Shown: positions 49,671-59,978, counted from the first letter of the stretch. The stretch: 64,000 bases of DNA from Halarcobacter sp. (GCA_963676565.1 OY781089.1:288001-352000), one strand, 5' to 3'. Program-made: numbers and translations. Notes: a model not told the origin generated them from the sequence alone.

Positions 49671-51203
49671 TTAATAACGTCTTCTTCCATTTCCTCTTGT
49701 TGGCCTAGTATATTTTTTCTTGAATTCTGGCTCTTTTATTTTAATATTTGACTTTAATGTTTTTTCTATAAAGCTATTAAAACTATTTCTTAAAATCACT
49801 GCCTTATCATAATCTGGAAAAATATCTGGAAATTTATATGATAACCATAAATAAAGTGAGATTTTTTTAACTTCATCTTCCACTAGTAATAAATCTTTTG
49901 CAGTTACTGCTTTTTTTGGAAGTGTAATTGATGGTTTATATCTACAAATTTTATTTTTTATAACTGAAGCAACATAGGCTTCATACGCTTGTAAAATAAT
50001 AGTTGATTTTATGGTAATTGGAGCTTGAGCCAATAGATATTTATCTTCTAAACTTAGTTTTTCTCTTCTATCAATAATTGCTGCTGCATCAAGCATAGAT
50101 GAAATATTTGAAGCTATAAAAGGTCCATCAAAATTCATATTATCTTTAAAATATTTTAGAATTTTAGTTAATGATTTTGTTTTAATATGAGAGGCCAACT
50201 CTTCAAGTTGTTCACTACTCATTTTTACTTTATAAGGTGGTTTAATTGTCCTAATTGGTGAATTAAATTCCTCTTTTATGTAAGATAAAACATCTCTTCT
50301 AGTTGCTCCTAGAAAGCCTACTTCATGGTGTCCATATCTTCCTGCACGACCTGCAATTTGAACAATTTCATTAACACTTAGCTTCCTTCTACTAACTCCA
50401 TCAAACTTAGTATCAGTTGTAAAAAGTATATTTTTAATAGGAAGATTTAAGCCCATAGAAATAGCATCTGTTGCTATTAAAATATCACTTTGTTTTTCCC
50501 TAAAACGTCTTGCTTCATCACGTCTTACTTCTGGAGATAAATTTCCATAAATCACTGAAACTCTATATTTTTTTTGTAACTTTTGTTTTAGTTTTAAAAC
50601 ATCACTTCTAGAAAAAGCGATTAAAGCAGTACCTGCTTCTAGATGCTCTAAAGAAGTATGTCTTGCCATAACTTTTAGAGGGGTTTTTCTTTTATGTTTT
50701 ACAACTTCAAGTTCTTCTCCAAGATAAGCTGCTATTTTTGTAACTGCATCTAATGCATTTACGCTCCCTGTCATAATAATAGTTTTTGCAGGACATCCAA
50801 TAATTGCATTAACCCATGCCCAACCTCTATCTTCATCATCTAACATTTGAACTTCATCAATGATAGCTGTGTCAACATCTAGATTAAAATCTAACATCTC
50901 AATAGTTGAACATACATGGGATGCATCTTCATCAATAATTTGTTCTTCACCGGTTATTAAAGTTGCTTCAATATCATTTTGTTTTAAATCTTCAAAACCC
51001 TCAAGGGCGAGAAGTCTAAGTGGAGCTAAATATAAGCCACTGTTTGCTTTTTTTAGTTCAAGCATAGCATTATAGGTTTTACCAGAGTTTGTTGGTCCTA
51101 CAAAAAACTTTAGTTTTCTATTCATACTACGTGCAAGGGGGAAAAGTGATTTTAAATCACACTTTAAAAATGACTGTAATTGTTCTTGGAATGTTTCTTT
51201 CAT
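49671..51203 (-). CDS. SUV3-like SF2 helicase
   Basis: GPTNSGKT, PLRLLA, DEVQM, ATDAISMGLN, QIAGRAGR; start MKETFQ avoids overlap with trmA. Confidence 0.92.
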   Translation of the reverse strand: MKETFQEQLQSFLKCDLKSLFPLARSMNRKLKFFVGPTNSGKTYNAMLELKKANSGLYLAPLRLLALEGFEDLKQNDIEATLITGEEQIIDEDASHVCSTIEMLDFNLDVDTAIIDEVQMLDDEDRGWAWVNAIIGCPAKTIIMTGSVNALDAVTKIAAYLGEELEVVKHKRKTPLKVMARHTSLEHLEAGTALIAFSRSDVLKLKQKLQKKYRVSVIYGNLSPEVRRDEARRFREKQSDILIATDAISMGLNLPIKNILFTTDTKFDGVSRRKLSVNEIVQIAGRAGRYGHHEVGFLGATRRDVLSYIKEEFNSPIRTIKPPYKVKMSSEQLEELASHIKTKSLTKILKYFKDNMNFDGPFIASNISSMLDAAAIIDRREKLSLEDKYLLAQAPITIKSTIILQAYEAYVASVIKNKICRYKPSITLPKKAVTAKDLLLVEDEVKKISLYLWLSYKFPDIFPDYDKAVILRNSFNSFIEKTLKSNIKIKEPEFKKKYTRPTRGNGRRRY

Positions 51204-51270
51204 GGGCGTATTATAGTAAATAGAATATAATATCTGTTTAAATAAAAAAACTATTTTAAGGCACTTGATT

Positions 51271-52392
51271 ATGACATGTGAATATTTTGGTAAATGTGGC
51301 TCTTGCAAACTTTATGAAATGAACTATGAGCAACAACTTGAATACAAAATAAAAAGAGAAAAAGAAAGATTTTCTAACTTTACAAATATGGAATTTGATA
51401 TTATAAAAAGTGAAGAAGAAAATTTTAGATATAGAGCAGAGTTTAGAATATGGAAAAACTTTGATGATAAAGAAAATCCAACTATTTCATATGCTATGAC
51501 ATCTTTTGATAAAACTACTTTAGAAATAAATTCTTGTCAAATTGTATCAAAACAAATTCAAGAACTTATGCCTATTTTACTTGAAAAACTACAAAATGAT
51601 GAAGAGTTTAGATTTAAACTATATGCAATTGAGTTTTTAAATTCAACAACACAAGATATGCTTGTAACTTTAATTTATCACAAAAAACTTGAAAAAAATT
51701 GGATTCAAAAAGCAAAAAAATTAGAAGAAGAATTAAATATAAAAATCATAGGACGAAGTAGAAAACAAAAAGAAGTTTTAAGTAAAGACTTTATCAATGA
51801 AAAACTAAATATTGATGAAGAGAGTTTTAAATTTCATTATAAAGAAGGTGGCTTTACTCAACCAAATACAAAAGTTAATGTTAAAATGATTGAATGGGTT
51901 TTAAAACATTTAGAAAAATCTGACAAAGATTTATGTGAACTATATTGTGGAGGTGGGAACTTTACAATTCCTTTAAGTAAAAAATTTAATAAAGTTTTAG
52001 CAACAGAAATATCAAAAACATCTATTAATTCAGCACTTGAAAACTGTAAATTAAATGGTATAGAAAATATAGACTTTATTAGAATGAGTGCTGAAGAGTT
52101 TGTGGAAGCTTTAAATGAAAAAAGAGAGTTTAGAAGATTAAAAGATGTAAATCTAAAAGATTATAACTTTGACACTATTTTTGTTGATCCTCCAAGGGCA
52201 GGTTTAGATGAGACAACAAGAAATTTAGTAAAAAATTACGAAAAGATAATTTATATATCTTGTAATCCTGAAACACTTCATAGAGATTTAGAAACTTTAA
52301 CTAAAACACATCAAATCAAAAATTTCGCACTTTTTGACCAATTTTCTTACACAGAACATATAGAATCTGGAATACTTTTACAAAAAGTATAA
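51271..52392 (+). CDS. trmA: tRNA (uridine-54-C5)-methyltransferase
   Basis: RYRAEF, FTQPN, ELYCGGGNF, VDPPRAG, YISCNP, DQF.YTEHIE. Confidence 0.95.
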   Translation: MTCEYFGKCGSCKLYEMNYEQQLEYKIKREKERFSNFTNMEFDIIKSEEENFRYRAEFRIWKNFDDKENPTISYAMTSFDKTTLEINSCQIVSKQIQELMPILLEKLQNDEEFRFKLYAIEFLNSTTQDMLVTLIYHKKLEKNWIQKAKKLEEELNIKIIGRSRKQKEVLSKDFINEKLNIDEESFKFHYKEGGFTQPNTKVNVKMIEWVLKHLEKSDKDLCELYCGGGNFTIPLSKKFNKVLATEISKTSINSALENCKLNGIENIDFIRMSAEEFVEALNEKREFRRLKDVNLKDYNFDTIFVDPPRAGLDETTRNLVKNYEKIIYISCNPETLHRDLETLTKTHQIKNFALFDQFSYTEHIESGILLQKV

Positions 52393-52429
52393 TTATTAAG
52401 AAAATATTAAGAAAAATATAAATAATTTT

Positions 52430-52438
52430 TGCTAAAAT
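52430..52438 (+). promoter_or_regulatory. Extended -10 promoter element upstream of flagellin 1
   Basis: TGCTAAAAT preceded by tandem TATTAAGAAAA x2 (52394-52415). Confidence 0.55.
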
Positions 52439-52470
52439 ATGTACATATTAAACACATGAAAAGGTAACTC

Positions 52471-54450
52471 ATGAAAATCAATACAAATGTATCTTCTTTA
52501 AGCGCACAAGAAGCAAACAAAAACACGAATAACAACATTGCTAAATCTTTAGAGAAACTATCTACAGGTTTAAAAATCAACAAAGCTGCAGATGATGCAT
52601 CTGGTTTAGCTATTGCTGATAAACTTAGAACTCAAGGTAACTCTATTGGTCAAGGTATCTCAAATGCTAACTCAGCAGTTGCATTAATCCAAATTGCTGA
52701 TAAAGCTATGGCTGAGCAATCTAACATTTTAGATACAATCAAAACTAAACTTATTCAAGCATCTACTTCTACAACTTCTGAAGATGGTAGAGAAGCTATT
52801 AGAAAAGATATCCAAAAACTTTTAGAGCAATTTGACAATATTGCTGGTCAAACTAACTATAATGGTTTAAATCTTTTAAATGAGAAAGATAAAGAATTTG
52901 TTTTCCAAGTTGGAGAAGACTCATCTTTTGATATTGGTTTAAAAACTGAATTCGCTGTTAATACATCTGGTCTTGGAAGTGCAGGAAATGAAGGAACAAC
53001 TACAGCAACAATTAAAACAAGTGCTGCTGCTGGTGTTACTTTAGAAGGAGAATCTCCGAACGCTTCAATTACAGTAAACTCAACATCAGGAAATGCTACT
53101 CTTACTGTTGCAGCAGCAGCATCTGCTTCTTCAACATCAGAAATGACTGTTAATGTTTCTGCAAATGATGTTTCTAAAATAGGTCTTAGTAACTCTACTA
53201 CTACAAGTTCAATAGTATTATCAACTGATGATGTTGAATTAGCTAAATTCTTAGATAAAGAAGCTGATAAATCAACTTCTGATGGATTAACAAAAATCTC
53301 AAGTGGTGTATATGAATTTAAATCTACTGCTGATGCAACTGAATCAACTATCACATTTGAAAATAATGCATTAGTTGATATTAGTAGTTTAAAAGTTAGT
53401 AATCTATCTGCATTAACTACTGGTGGAGATATATTCAAAGTTTATACTGACGAAGCTGTTACAGTTGAAAAACTTGGTGGTGGTAATGATATTACAGTAA
53501 ATACTGGTTCTGCTATGGATGTAAAAATCAATGGTGACACATCAGAAGGTATTGCTTATACAGCAGGAACTTATGCAATGCTTACAGAAGGTACAATTGC
53601 AGTTAGAGACAATTCTACTTCAGCAACACTTGATGTTGTAGCTATTAACTCTGTTGAAGCAACTACTACTTCAGAAGTAGCTATTAACTCATTTACTGCT
53701 ACATCTGATGCAAGTGTAAAATCTATTTCATTAAGAAATACTGGTGCTGAAGCAAGTGTTATTATATCTACTACAGATGGTACTACAGCTCAAGCTTTAA
53801 GAGATGCTGGTCTTAATGAAAATGCAGATGGTACATTTACTTGGTCTACATCAGGCGTTGATGATACAGCAACTTTAGATTTTGGAACAGATGGAATTGA
53901 TATTGGAAATATTAGTTTCTCAGATGTTGATAAAAACACTACTTCTAATGATGTTATCTTTATTGAAACATCAGGTACAGTTACAATCTCTAATGATAAA
54001 GCAGAAGGTACAGACTCTGATTATGGTCATATAAGTGTATCTTTAACTACTTCAGAAACAGCTGCTGCTTTTGAAACTGCTGGTGTTGGATTTGGAGAAG
54101 TTAGTTCAGGTATGGCATTTAAAAACCTTGAAGGTCTATCAGTTTTAGGAGAAGGTGATTTAACCTCTGATACTGCTAATTTATATATGAGTGTTGTTGA
54201 TGATGCATTAACTCAACTTAACTCTGTTAGATCTGACTTTGGTGCTACGCAAAACCAATTAGACTCTGCTATTAGAAATATGATGACAGTGCAAACTAAT
54301 ATTAAAGCAGCGGAATCTGTAATTAGAGATGTTGACTATGCAGAAGAATCAGCGAACTTTAATAAACAAAATATTATTTCTCAAGCTGGATCTTATGCTA
54401 TGTCTCAAGCTAATCAAGTACAACAGAACGTTCTTAGATTACTTCAATAA
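52471..54450 (+). CDS. flaA: Flagellin 1 (659 aa)
   Basis: Conserved N-terminus (INTN..LEKLSTGLKIN.AADDA) and C-terminus (GATQNQL..IRDVDYA..VLRLLQ); A/B naming is positional only. Confidence 0.96.
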   Translation: MKINTNVSSLSAQEANKNTNNNIAKSLEKLSTGLKINKAADDASGLAIADKLRTQGNSIGQGISNANSAVALIQIADKAMAEQSNILDTIKTKLIQASTSTTSEDGREAIRKDIQKLLEQFDNIAGQTNYNGLNLLNEKDKEFVFQVGEDSSFDIGLKTEFAVNTSGLGSAGNEGTTTATIKTSAAAGVTLEGESPNASITVNSTSGNATLTVAAAASASSTSEMTVNVSANDVSKIGLSNSTTTSSIVLSTDDVELAKFLDKEADKSTSDGLTKISSGVYEFKSTADATESTITFENNALVDISSLKVSNLSALTTGGDIFKVYTDEAVTVEKLGGGNDITVNTGSAMDVKINGDTSEGIAYTAGTYAMLTEGTIAVRDNSTSATLDVVAINSVEATTTSEVAINSFTATSDASVKSISLRNTGAEASVIISTTDGTTAQALRDAGLNENADGTFTWSTSGVDDTATLDFGTDGIDIGNISFSDVDKNTTSNDVIFIETSGTVTISNDKAEGTDSDYGHISVSLTTSETAAAFETAGVGFGEVSSGMAFKNLEGLSVLGEGDLTSDTANLYMSVVDDALTQLNSVRSDFGATQNQLDSAIRNMMTVQTNIKAAESVIRDVDYAEESANFNKQNIISQAGSYAMSQANQVQQNVLRLLQ

Positions 54451-54463
54451 AATTAATCTATCT

Positions 54464-54491
54464 AAAAGCCTAGTTAATTCTAGGCTTTTTT
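54464..54491 (+). terminator. Flagellin 1 intrinsic terminator
   Basis: AAAAGCCTAG-TTAATT-CTAGGCTTTTTT. Confidence 0.88.
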
Positions 54492-54663
54492 ATTTGTCTA
54501 CTCATATTTAATCTAATTTTAAGAATTGGTATGTGATAATTTCATTATAAGTATATAGGGATCAATTGATTCCAAAGAGACTTTTTCTCTATGCTTGGTA
54601 ACACAAGAATGTTTTAGGCTGTGAAACTATTCACTATGTGTCATAATATTGAAAGGATTTATT

Positions 54664-56655
54664 ATGAGAATTAATACAAATGTGTCTTCTTTAAGCGCAC
54701 AAGAAGCAAACAAAAACACGAATAACAACATTGCTAAATCTTTAGAGAAACTATCTACAGGTTTAAAAATCAACAAAGCTGCAGATGATGCATCTGGTTT
54801 AGCTATTGCTGATAAACTTAGAACTCAAGGTAACTCTATTGGTCAAGGTATCTCAAATGCTAACTCAGCAGTTGCATTAATCCAAATTGCTGATAAAGCT
54901 ATGGCTGAGCAATCTAACATTTTAGATACAATCAAAACTAAACTTATTCAAGCATCTACTTCTACAACTTCTGAAGATGGTAGAGAAGCTATTAGAAAAG
55001 ATATCCAAAAACTTTTAGAGCAATTTGACAATATCTCTGGTCAAACTAACTATAATGGTTTAAATCTTTTAAATGAGAAAGATAAAGAATTTGTTTTCCA
55101 AGTTGGAGAAGACTCATCTTTTGATATTGGTTTAAAAACTGAATTCGCTGTTAATACATCTGGTCTTGGAAGTGCAGGAAATGAAGGAACAACTACTTCT
55201 ACTATCAAAACTACTGGTGGAGCAGCTGGAAATGTTACTTTAGAAGGTGAAGTATCTAATGCTTCAATTACTGTTAGTTCAACAGCTGGTGATGTATCTA
55301 TAAGTGCTGCATCAGCAGCATCTGCTTCTTCAACATCAGAAATGTCAGTTAATGTTTCTGCAAATGATGTTTCTAAAATAGGTCTTAGTAATACTACTAC
55401 TACAAGTTCAATAGTATTATCAACTGATGATGTTGAATTAGCTAAATTCTTAGATAAAGAAGCTGATAAATCAACTTCTGATGGATTAACAAAAATCTCA
55501 AGTGGTGTATATGAATTTAAATCTACTGCTGATGCAACTGAATCAACTATCACATTTGAAAATAATGCATTAGTTGATATTAGTAGTTTAAAAGTTAGTA
55601 ATCTATCTTCATTAACTACTGGTGGAGATATCTTCAACGTTTATACTAACGAAGCTGTTACAGTTGAAAAACTTGGTGGAGGAGAAGACATCTCTATTAA
55701 TAATAGTGGTGGTGATGTTATGGATGTAAAAATCAATGGTGACACATCAGAAGGTATTGCTTATACAGCAGGAACTTATGCAATGCTTACAGAAGGTACA
55801 ATTGCAGTTAGAGACAATTCTACTTCAGCAACACTTGATGTTGTAGCTATTAACTCTGTTGAAGCAACTACTACTTCAGAAGTAGCTATTAACTCATTTA
55901 CTGCTGCATCTGATGCAAATGTAAAATCTATTTCATTAAGAAATACTGGTGCTGAAGCAAGTGTTATTATATCTACTACAGATGGTACTACAGCTCAAGC
56001 TTTAAGAGATGCTGGTCTTAATGAAAATGCAGATGGTACATTTACTTGGGCTACATCAGGTGTTGATGATACAGCAACTTTAGATTTTGGAACAGATGGA
56101 ATTGATATTGGAAATATTAGTTTCTCAGATGTTGATAAAAACACTACTTCTAATGATGTTATCTTTATTGAAACATCAGGTACAGTTACAATCTCTAATG
56201 ATAAAGCAGAAGGTACTGATGCTGATTATGGTCATATAAGTGTATCTTTAACTACTTCAGAAACAGCTGCTGCTTTTGAAACTGCTGGTGTTGGATTTGG
56301 AGAAGTTAGTTCAGGTATGGCATTTAAAAACCTTGAAGGTCTTATGGCTCTAGGAGAAGGTGACTTAACTTCTGAAACAGCAAATAACTTTATGTCTGTT
56401 GTTGATGATGCATTAACTCAACTTAACTCAGTTAGATCTGACTTTGGTGCTACGCAAAACCAATTAGACTCTGCTATTAGAAATATGCAAACAGTACAAA
56501 CTAATATTAAAGCAGCGGAATCTGTAATTAGAGATGTTGACTATGCAGCAGAATCAGCGAACTTTAATAAACAAAATATTATTGCTCAAGCTGGGTCTTA
56601 TGCTATGTCTCAAGCTAATGCAGTACAACAAAACGTATTAAGACTACTTCAGTAG
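54664..56655 (+). CDS. flaB: Flagellin 2
   Basis: Near-identical paralog of flagellin 1; AAGGA before ATG 54664. Confidence 0.96.
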   Translation: MRINTNVSSLSAQEANKNTNNNIAKSLEKLSTGLKINKAADDASGLAIADKLRTQGNSIGQGISNANSAVALIQIADKAMAEQSNILDTIKTKLIQASTSTTSEDGREAIRKDIQKLLEQFDNISGQTNYNGLNLLNEKDKEFVFQVGEDSSFDIGLKTEFAVNTSGLGSAGNEGTTTSTIKTTGGAAGNVTLEGEVSNASITVSSTAGDVSISAASAASASSTSEMSVNVSANDVSKIGLSNTTTTSSIVLSTDDVELAKFLDKEADKSTSDGLTKISSGVYEFKSTADATESTITFENNALVDISSLKVSNLSSLTTGGDIFNVYTNEAVTVEKLGGGEDISINNSGGDVMDVKINGDTSEGIAYTAGTYAMLTEGTIAVRDNSTSATLDVVAINSVEATTTSEVAINSFTAASDANVKSISLRNTGAEASVIISTTDGTTAQALRDAGLNENADGTFTWATSGVDDTATLDFGTDGIDIGNISFSDVDKNTTSNDVIFIETSGTVTISNDKAEGTDADYGHISVSLTTSETAAAFETAGVGFGEVSSGMAFKNLEGLMALGEGDLTSETANNFMSVVDDALTQLNSVRSDFGATQNQLDSAIRNMQTVQTNIKAAESVIRDVDYAAESANFNKQNIIAQAGSYAMSQANAVQQNVLRLLQ

Positions 56656-56660
56656 TTGAA

Positions 56661-56685
56661 TAAGTAGTAGCTTAGCTGCTACTTA
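56661..56685 (+). terminator. Hairpin after flagellin 2
   Basis: TAAGTAGTAGC-TTA-GCTGCTACTTA. Confidence 0.7.
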
Positions 56686-56739
56686 CGTTTCTGTGAAAAC
56701 GTTCTTAAGTTACTTTAATAGGAAGTAATTTAATTCTAA

Positions 56740-56767
56740 TAAAGTAGTGACTTAAGTCACTACTTTA
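56740..56767 (-). terminator. Perfect 28-bp palindrome overlapping the maf stop codon
   Basis: TAAAGTAGTGACTTAAGTCACTACTTTA. Confidence 0.65.
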
Positions 56768-58718
56768 AATTAATATCGTTAACTCTATTTTCTACTTCTT
56801 CAAAAAATTCTAATAATTTTAATAAAGAACTATTTACAAAATTCATTGCTTTATTTTTATCTGATGTAGCAAGTGCATGGGTATATAAAGCTGTATAAAA
56901 GTGATACATCGTCCCTTTTAATAAAGATCTTGTTAAATAACTTTTGTTTTCATAATTAGGATTATTTGCTATTTCATATGTAGTTGAGATTAAATCAAAA
57001 AGTTCTTTAAATGTTTCAATCTCTTTTTTTGTAACTATCTCTTTAATTTCTTTAATATTAGAAATCAACATTTCTTTTTCTGATTTATATATTGAATCTA
57101 TTTCTTTATGAAGTTTTTCAAAATCAAAATCAAAATTGTTTTCAATTCCTTTTAAAATATCAACTTTATTAATTTTGTTATCTAATTTTATACTTTCCGC
57201 TTTAAATGGTGTTGTTCCATCAATATATAAACCATCACTACAATTAAAATAATTAATTTTAATTTTTCTTTTAACTTTATAATCAAGGATACAATTCTCA
57301 GCTCTTTGTTTACACCAATTAAATATATTAGTTGTCATAAACTTTTCTTCTTTATCAAAATTACCAGGAAATTTTTCTTTTAATAAATCTAAAGTATTTA
57401 CTTTATGCTCTTTAGTATTATAATAGATTGTATCTTTTGAATGATGACTCTCAGGATCTTTAAATCCCATATCTGTACCAAACATAAATATATTTTGAAA
57501 TCCTATATCAGATAAAAAAGATAATGCACCATTAACAATAGTTGGATTACAATGATTTAACTTAGGTATATCTTCTGGGACAATAGAAGAACCTGCATCA
57601 TTATCTCTAAAATAAATTTTTGCACTTTTAAACATACTATATACTTTAGGATCAATTACATTTAAACCAATCATATCAATGTTTTTCAAATACTCTTTAG
57701 TTCCATAGTTTTCAATGATAGAAGCCATAAAAGTTGGTCTTTCAATTTCCATATGGAAATCAGGAGAAATCCCATTTTTATATAAAACTCTTAACGCAGT
57801 ACCACAAGATATTAATACAACATTATCTTTATGCTTTTTAATATATTCTATATCTTTATCAATTGATGGACCTGAGGCAACTATAAAAGCTGTAGAATTT
57901 TTAGGTAATTTATTACTATATCTATAAACAGGTAAATCATCATTTAGATTTTTAATAGTATGTTCTAAACTTATTATTTCATCATCATAAAAACCTTGAC
58001 CAGTGAAAGCTATATCAATTTTTTCTATAAATTTTTCTTTAAATTCATCAAAAAACTTAGATTTATAATGGGTATAAAAAGGGATTAAATAAAACTGATA
58101 AGAAAAGTTTTTATAAATAGTATTAAGTACAATTCTTGATATTTCTTGACTATTACTACCAATACAAAAATGAAGACCATGATTTTTTTGTTTAAAATAC
58201 ATAAAAATAGGTCTCCAATCTAAAAGATGAAAACTAACTTTTAACATTTCATAACTTTCATCTACAATAATAATTTCTTTAATACCATTTGATTGTTGGA
58301 TTAACTTTTGAATATGAGCCCCTGAACCAATCCCCATCATCAATAAAAAAGGAAAATATCCTTCTAAGTTTTCATGATAGTTCTCGAAGCCTTTATTTTC
58401 TTTTAAATACTCCGATTTTAGTTCAATGCCTTTAATTAATTTATCATGGTAATAATCTTTGTCACTATCTTTATTCCAAGTAGGTTTTTTAAAAAACATT
58501 GGAGGATTATCTAAAAAAGCATTTACTTGAGCTTGTATAGCTAAATCAACTTTCCCAGGATAAATATTTTTACCCTTTATAGCTATATTATATTCACCTA
58601 ATTGAGTAATATTTAGTTCATAATCTTTTATATCTGCTTTAATAATACTATTATAAACCTCTGGCCAACCTTCTTTTAAAAAAGTCATATTATTTTGATA
58701 GTTTTTTTCTAAATCCAT
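56760..58718 (-). CDS. maf: Motility accessory factor (Maf, DUF115/MptE-like), putative flagellin glycosyltransferase
   Basis: IVASGPSID, SCGTAL..L...GI.PDF, FGTDMG; located between flagellins and pseI. Confidence 0.88.
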   Translation of the reverse strand: MDLEKNYQNNMTFLKEGWPEVYNSIIKADIKDYELNITQLGEYNIAIKGKNIYPGKVDLAIQAQVNAFLDNPPMFFKKPTWNKDSDKDYYHDKLIKGIELKSEYLKENKGFENYHENLEGYFPFLLMMGIGSGAHIQKLIQQSNGIKEIIIVDESYEMLKVSFHLLDWRPIFMYFKQKNHGLHFCIGSNSQEISRIVLNTIYKNFSYQFYLIPFYTHYKSKFFDEFKEKFIEKIDIAFTGQGFYDDEIISLEHTIKNLNDDLPVYRYSNKLPKNSTAFIVASGPSIDKDIEYIKKHKDNVVLISCGTALRVLYKNGISPDFHMEIERPTFMASIIENYGTKEYLKNIDMIGLNVIDPKVYSMFKSAKIYFRDNDAGSSIVPEDIPKLNHCNPTIVNGALSFLSDIGFQNIFMFGTDMGFKDPESHHSKDTIYYNTKEHKVNTLDLLKEKFPGNFDKEEKFMTTNIFNWCKQRAENCILDYKVKRKIKINYFNCSDGLYIDGTTPFKAESIKLDNKINKVDILKGIENNFDFDFEKLHKEIDSIYKSEKEMLISNIKEIKEIVTKKEIETFKELFDLISTTYEIANNPNYENKSYLTRSLLKGTMYHFYTALYTHALATSDKNKAMNFVNSSLLKLLEFFEEVENRVNDINLK

Positions 58719-58771
58719 ACTTTTCCTTCTTTTATTGTACTAGTTCACAGTAATCTCATATACAAAATAAA

Positions 58772-59821
58772 TTAATCTTTCCCTTCAAGAATAGTCCAAT
58801 TAACTTGTGTACCTTTTTTTAAATCTTTATTTACCTTTTTCCCTAAAAAATCATTCAAATATTTAGGATGCATCCCATAGCCAGGTCTTACACTTCTAAT
58901 ATTTTCAGAAGTAAGCATTTCACCTTTTTTTATATCTTTAGATATATAAAGACTTCGAGCAAATTGTCTTGATTTTTTCTTTTTAGAGGTCATACTGTAG
59001 TCTACTTTTCCAAGAAGTTTTTCAGTATCCCTAACTACTTTTATCATCTGTGCAAATTCTTCTTTATCTAAAGAAAATTCAGCATCAGGCCCTCCTATAG
59101 ATTTATCCAAAATAAAATGCTTTTCTATCACTTTTGCTCCTAATGTTGTAGCGACAATAGGTGCAGTAGTTCCTAAAGTATGGTCGGAAAAACCTGATAT
59201 AACATTAAATGTTTGTGCAAGATTTGGTATTATAACTAAGTTTGCATCTTCAAAAGGTGCTGGATATGCACTTGTACATTTTAAAAGTACAATATCATTA
59301 TTCCCTACACTTCTACAAATATCTACGGCATCTTGAATCTCATCAATAGTAGCTATACCTGTACTAATTATTATAGGTTTGCCTTTCGAAGCTACATACT
59401 TGATAAGTTCATGATCTGATATTTCAAATGATGCTATTTTGTATGCACTTGGATTAAATTGCTCTAAAAAATCCACTGCTGTTTTATCAAAAGGAGTTGA
59501 AAATATATCAATATCTAAACTTCTTGCATAATCAAATAATTGCTTATGCCATTCCCATGGTGTTGAAGCCCATTCATATAATTCATATAAACTTTTTCCA
59601 TCCCAAAGAGTCCCACCTTTTACTATAAAGTCATCTTCCTTACACTTTAATGTCATAGTATCAGCTGTATATGTTTGAAGCTTAATAGCATTTGCTCCTA
59701 TTTCTTTTGCTGCTTTTATAGTGTTCAATGCATTTTGAATACTTCCATTATGATTAGCACTTAATTCTGCAATTATATATATTCCATCTTTGTTTAGATC
59801 AAAATCACCTATTTTACACAC
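58772..59821 (-). CDS. pseI: Pseudaminic acid synthase (NeuB family)
   Basis: IAELSANHNG, KLQTYT, KIASFE, KCTSAYP, SDHT, EKHF, C-terminal AFP-like domain; GTG start after AAGGA. Confidence 0.92.
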   Translation of the reverse strand: MCKIGDFDLNKDGIYIIAELSANHNGSIQNALNTIKAAKEIGANAIKLQTYTADTMTLKCKEDDFIVKGGTLWDGKSLYELYEWASTPWEWHKQLFDYARSLDIDIFSTPFDKTAVDFLEQFNPSAYKIASFEISDHELIKYVASKGKPIIISTGIATIDEIQDAVDICRSVGNNDIVLLKCTSAYPAPFEDANLVIIPNLAQTFNVISGFSDHTLGTTAPIVATTLGAKVIEKHFILDKSIGGPDAEFSLDKEEFAQMIKVVRDTEKLLGKVDYSMTSKKKKSRQFARSLYISKDIKKGEMLTSENIRSVRPGYGMHPKYLNDFLGKKVNKDLKKGTQVNWTILEGKD

Positions 59822-59978
59822 AAAGGGTTCCTTAAAATTATTATTTCTAAAATTATTCAGTTTTTTATCTGAACATAAGGGTTTCATTATACTTTTTTTC
59901 AAATTCAATTGGACTTAGAAAGACTAAATAACAATACTTTGTATTAAGATCATATTAAAATATTATCATTTAATTTTT

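Noticed and set aside
51204..51308. N-terminal extension of the SUV3-like helicase
   Set aside because: Overlaps divergent trmA; ATG 51203 sits right after a -10 box
52857..55637. Two similar ~194-aa minus-strand ORFs
   Set aside because: Antisense shadows of the duplicated flagellins
59822..59908. Apparent 29-aa N-terminal extension of PseI
   Set aside because: GTG at 59821 has an AAGGA RBS and matches the usual PseI start
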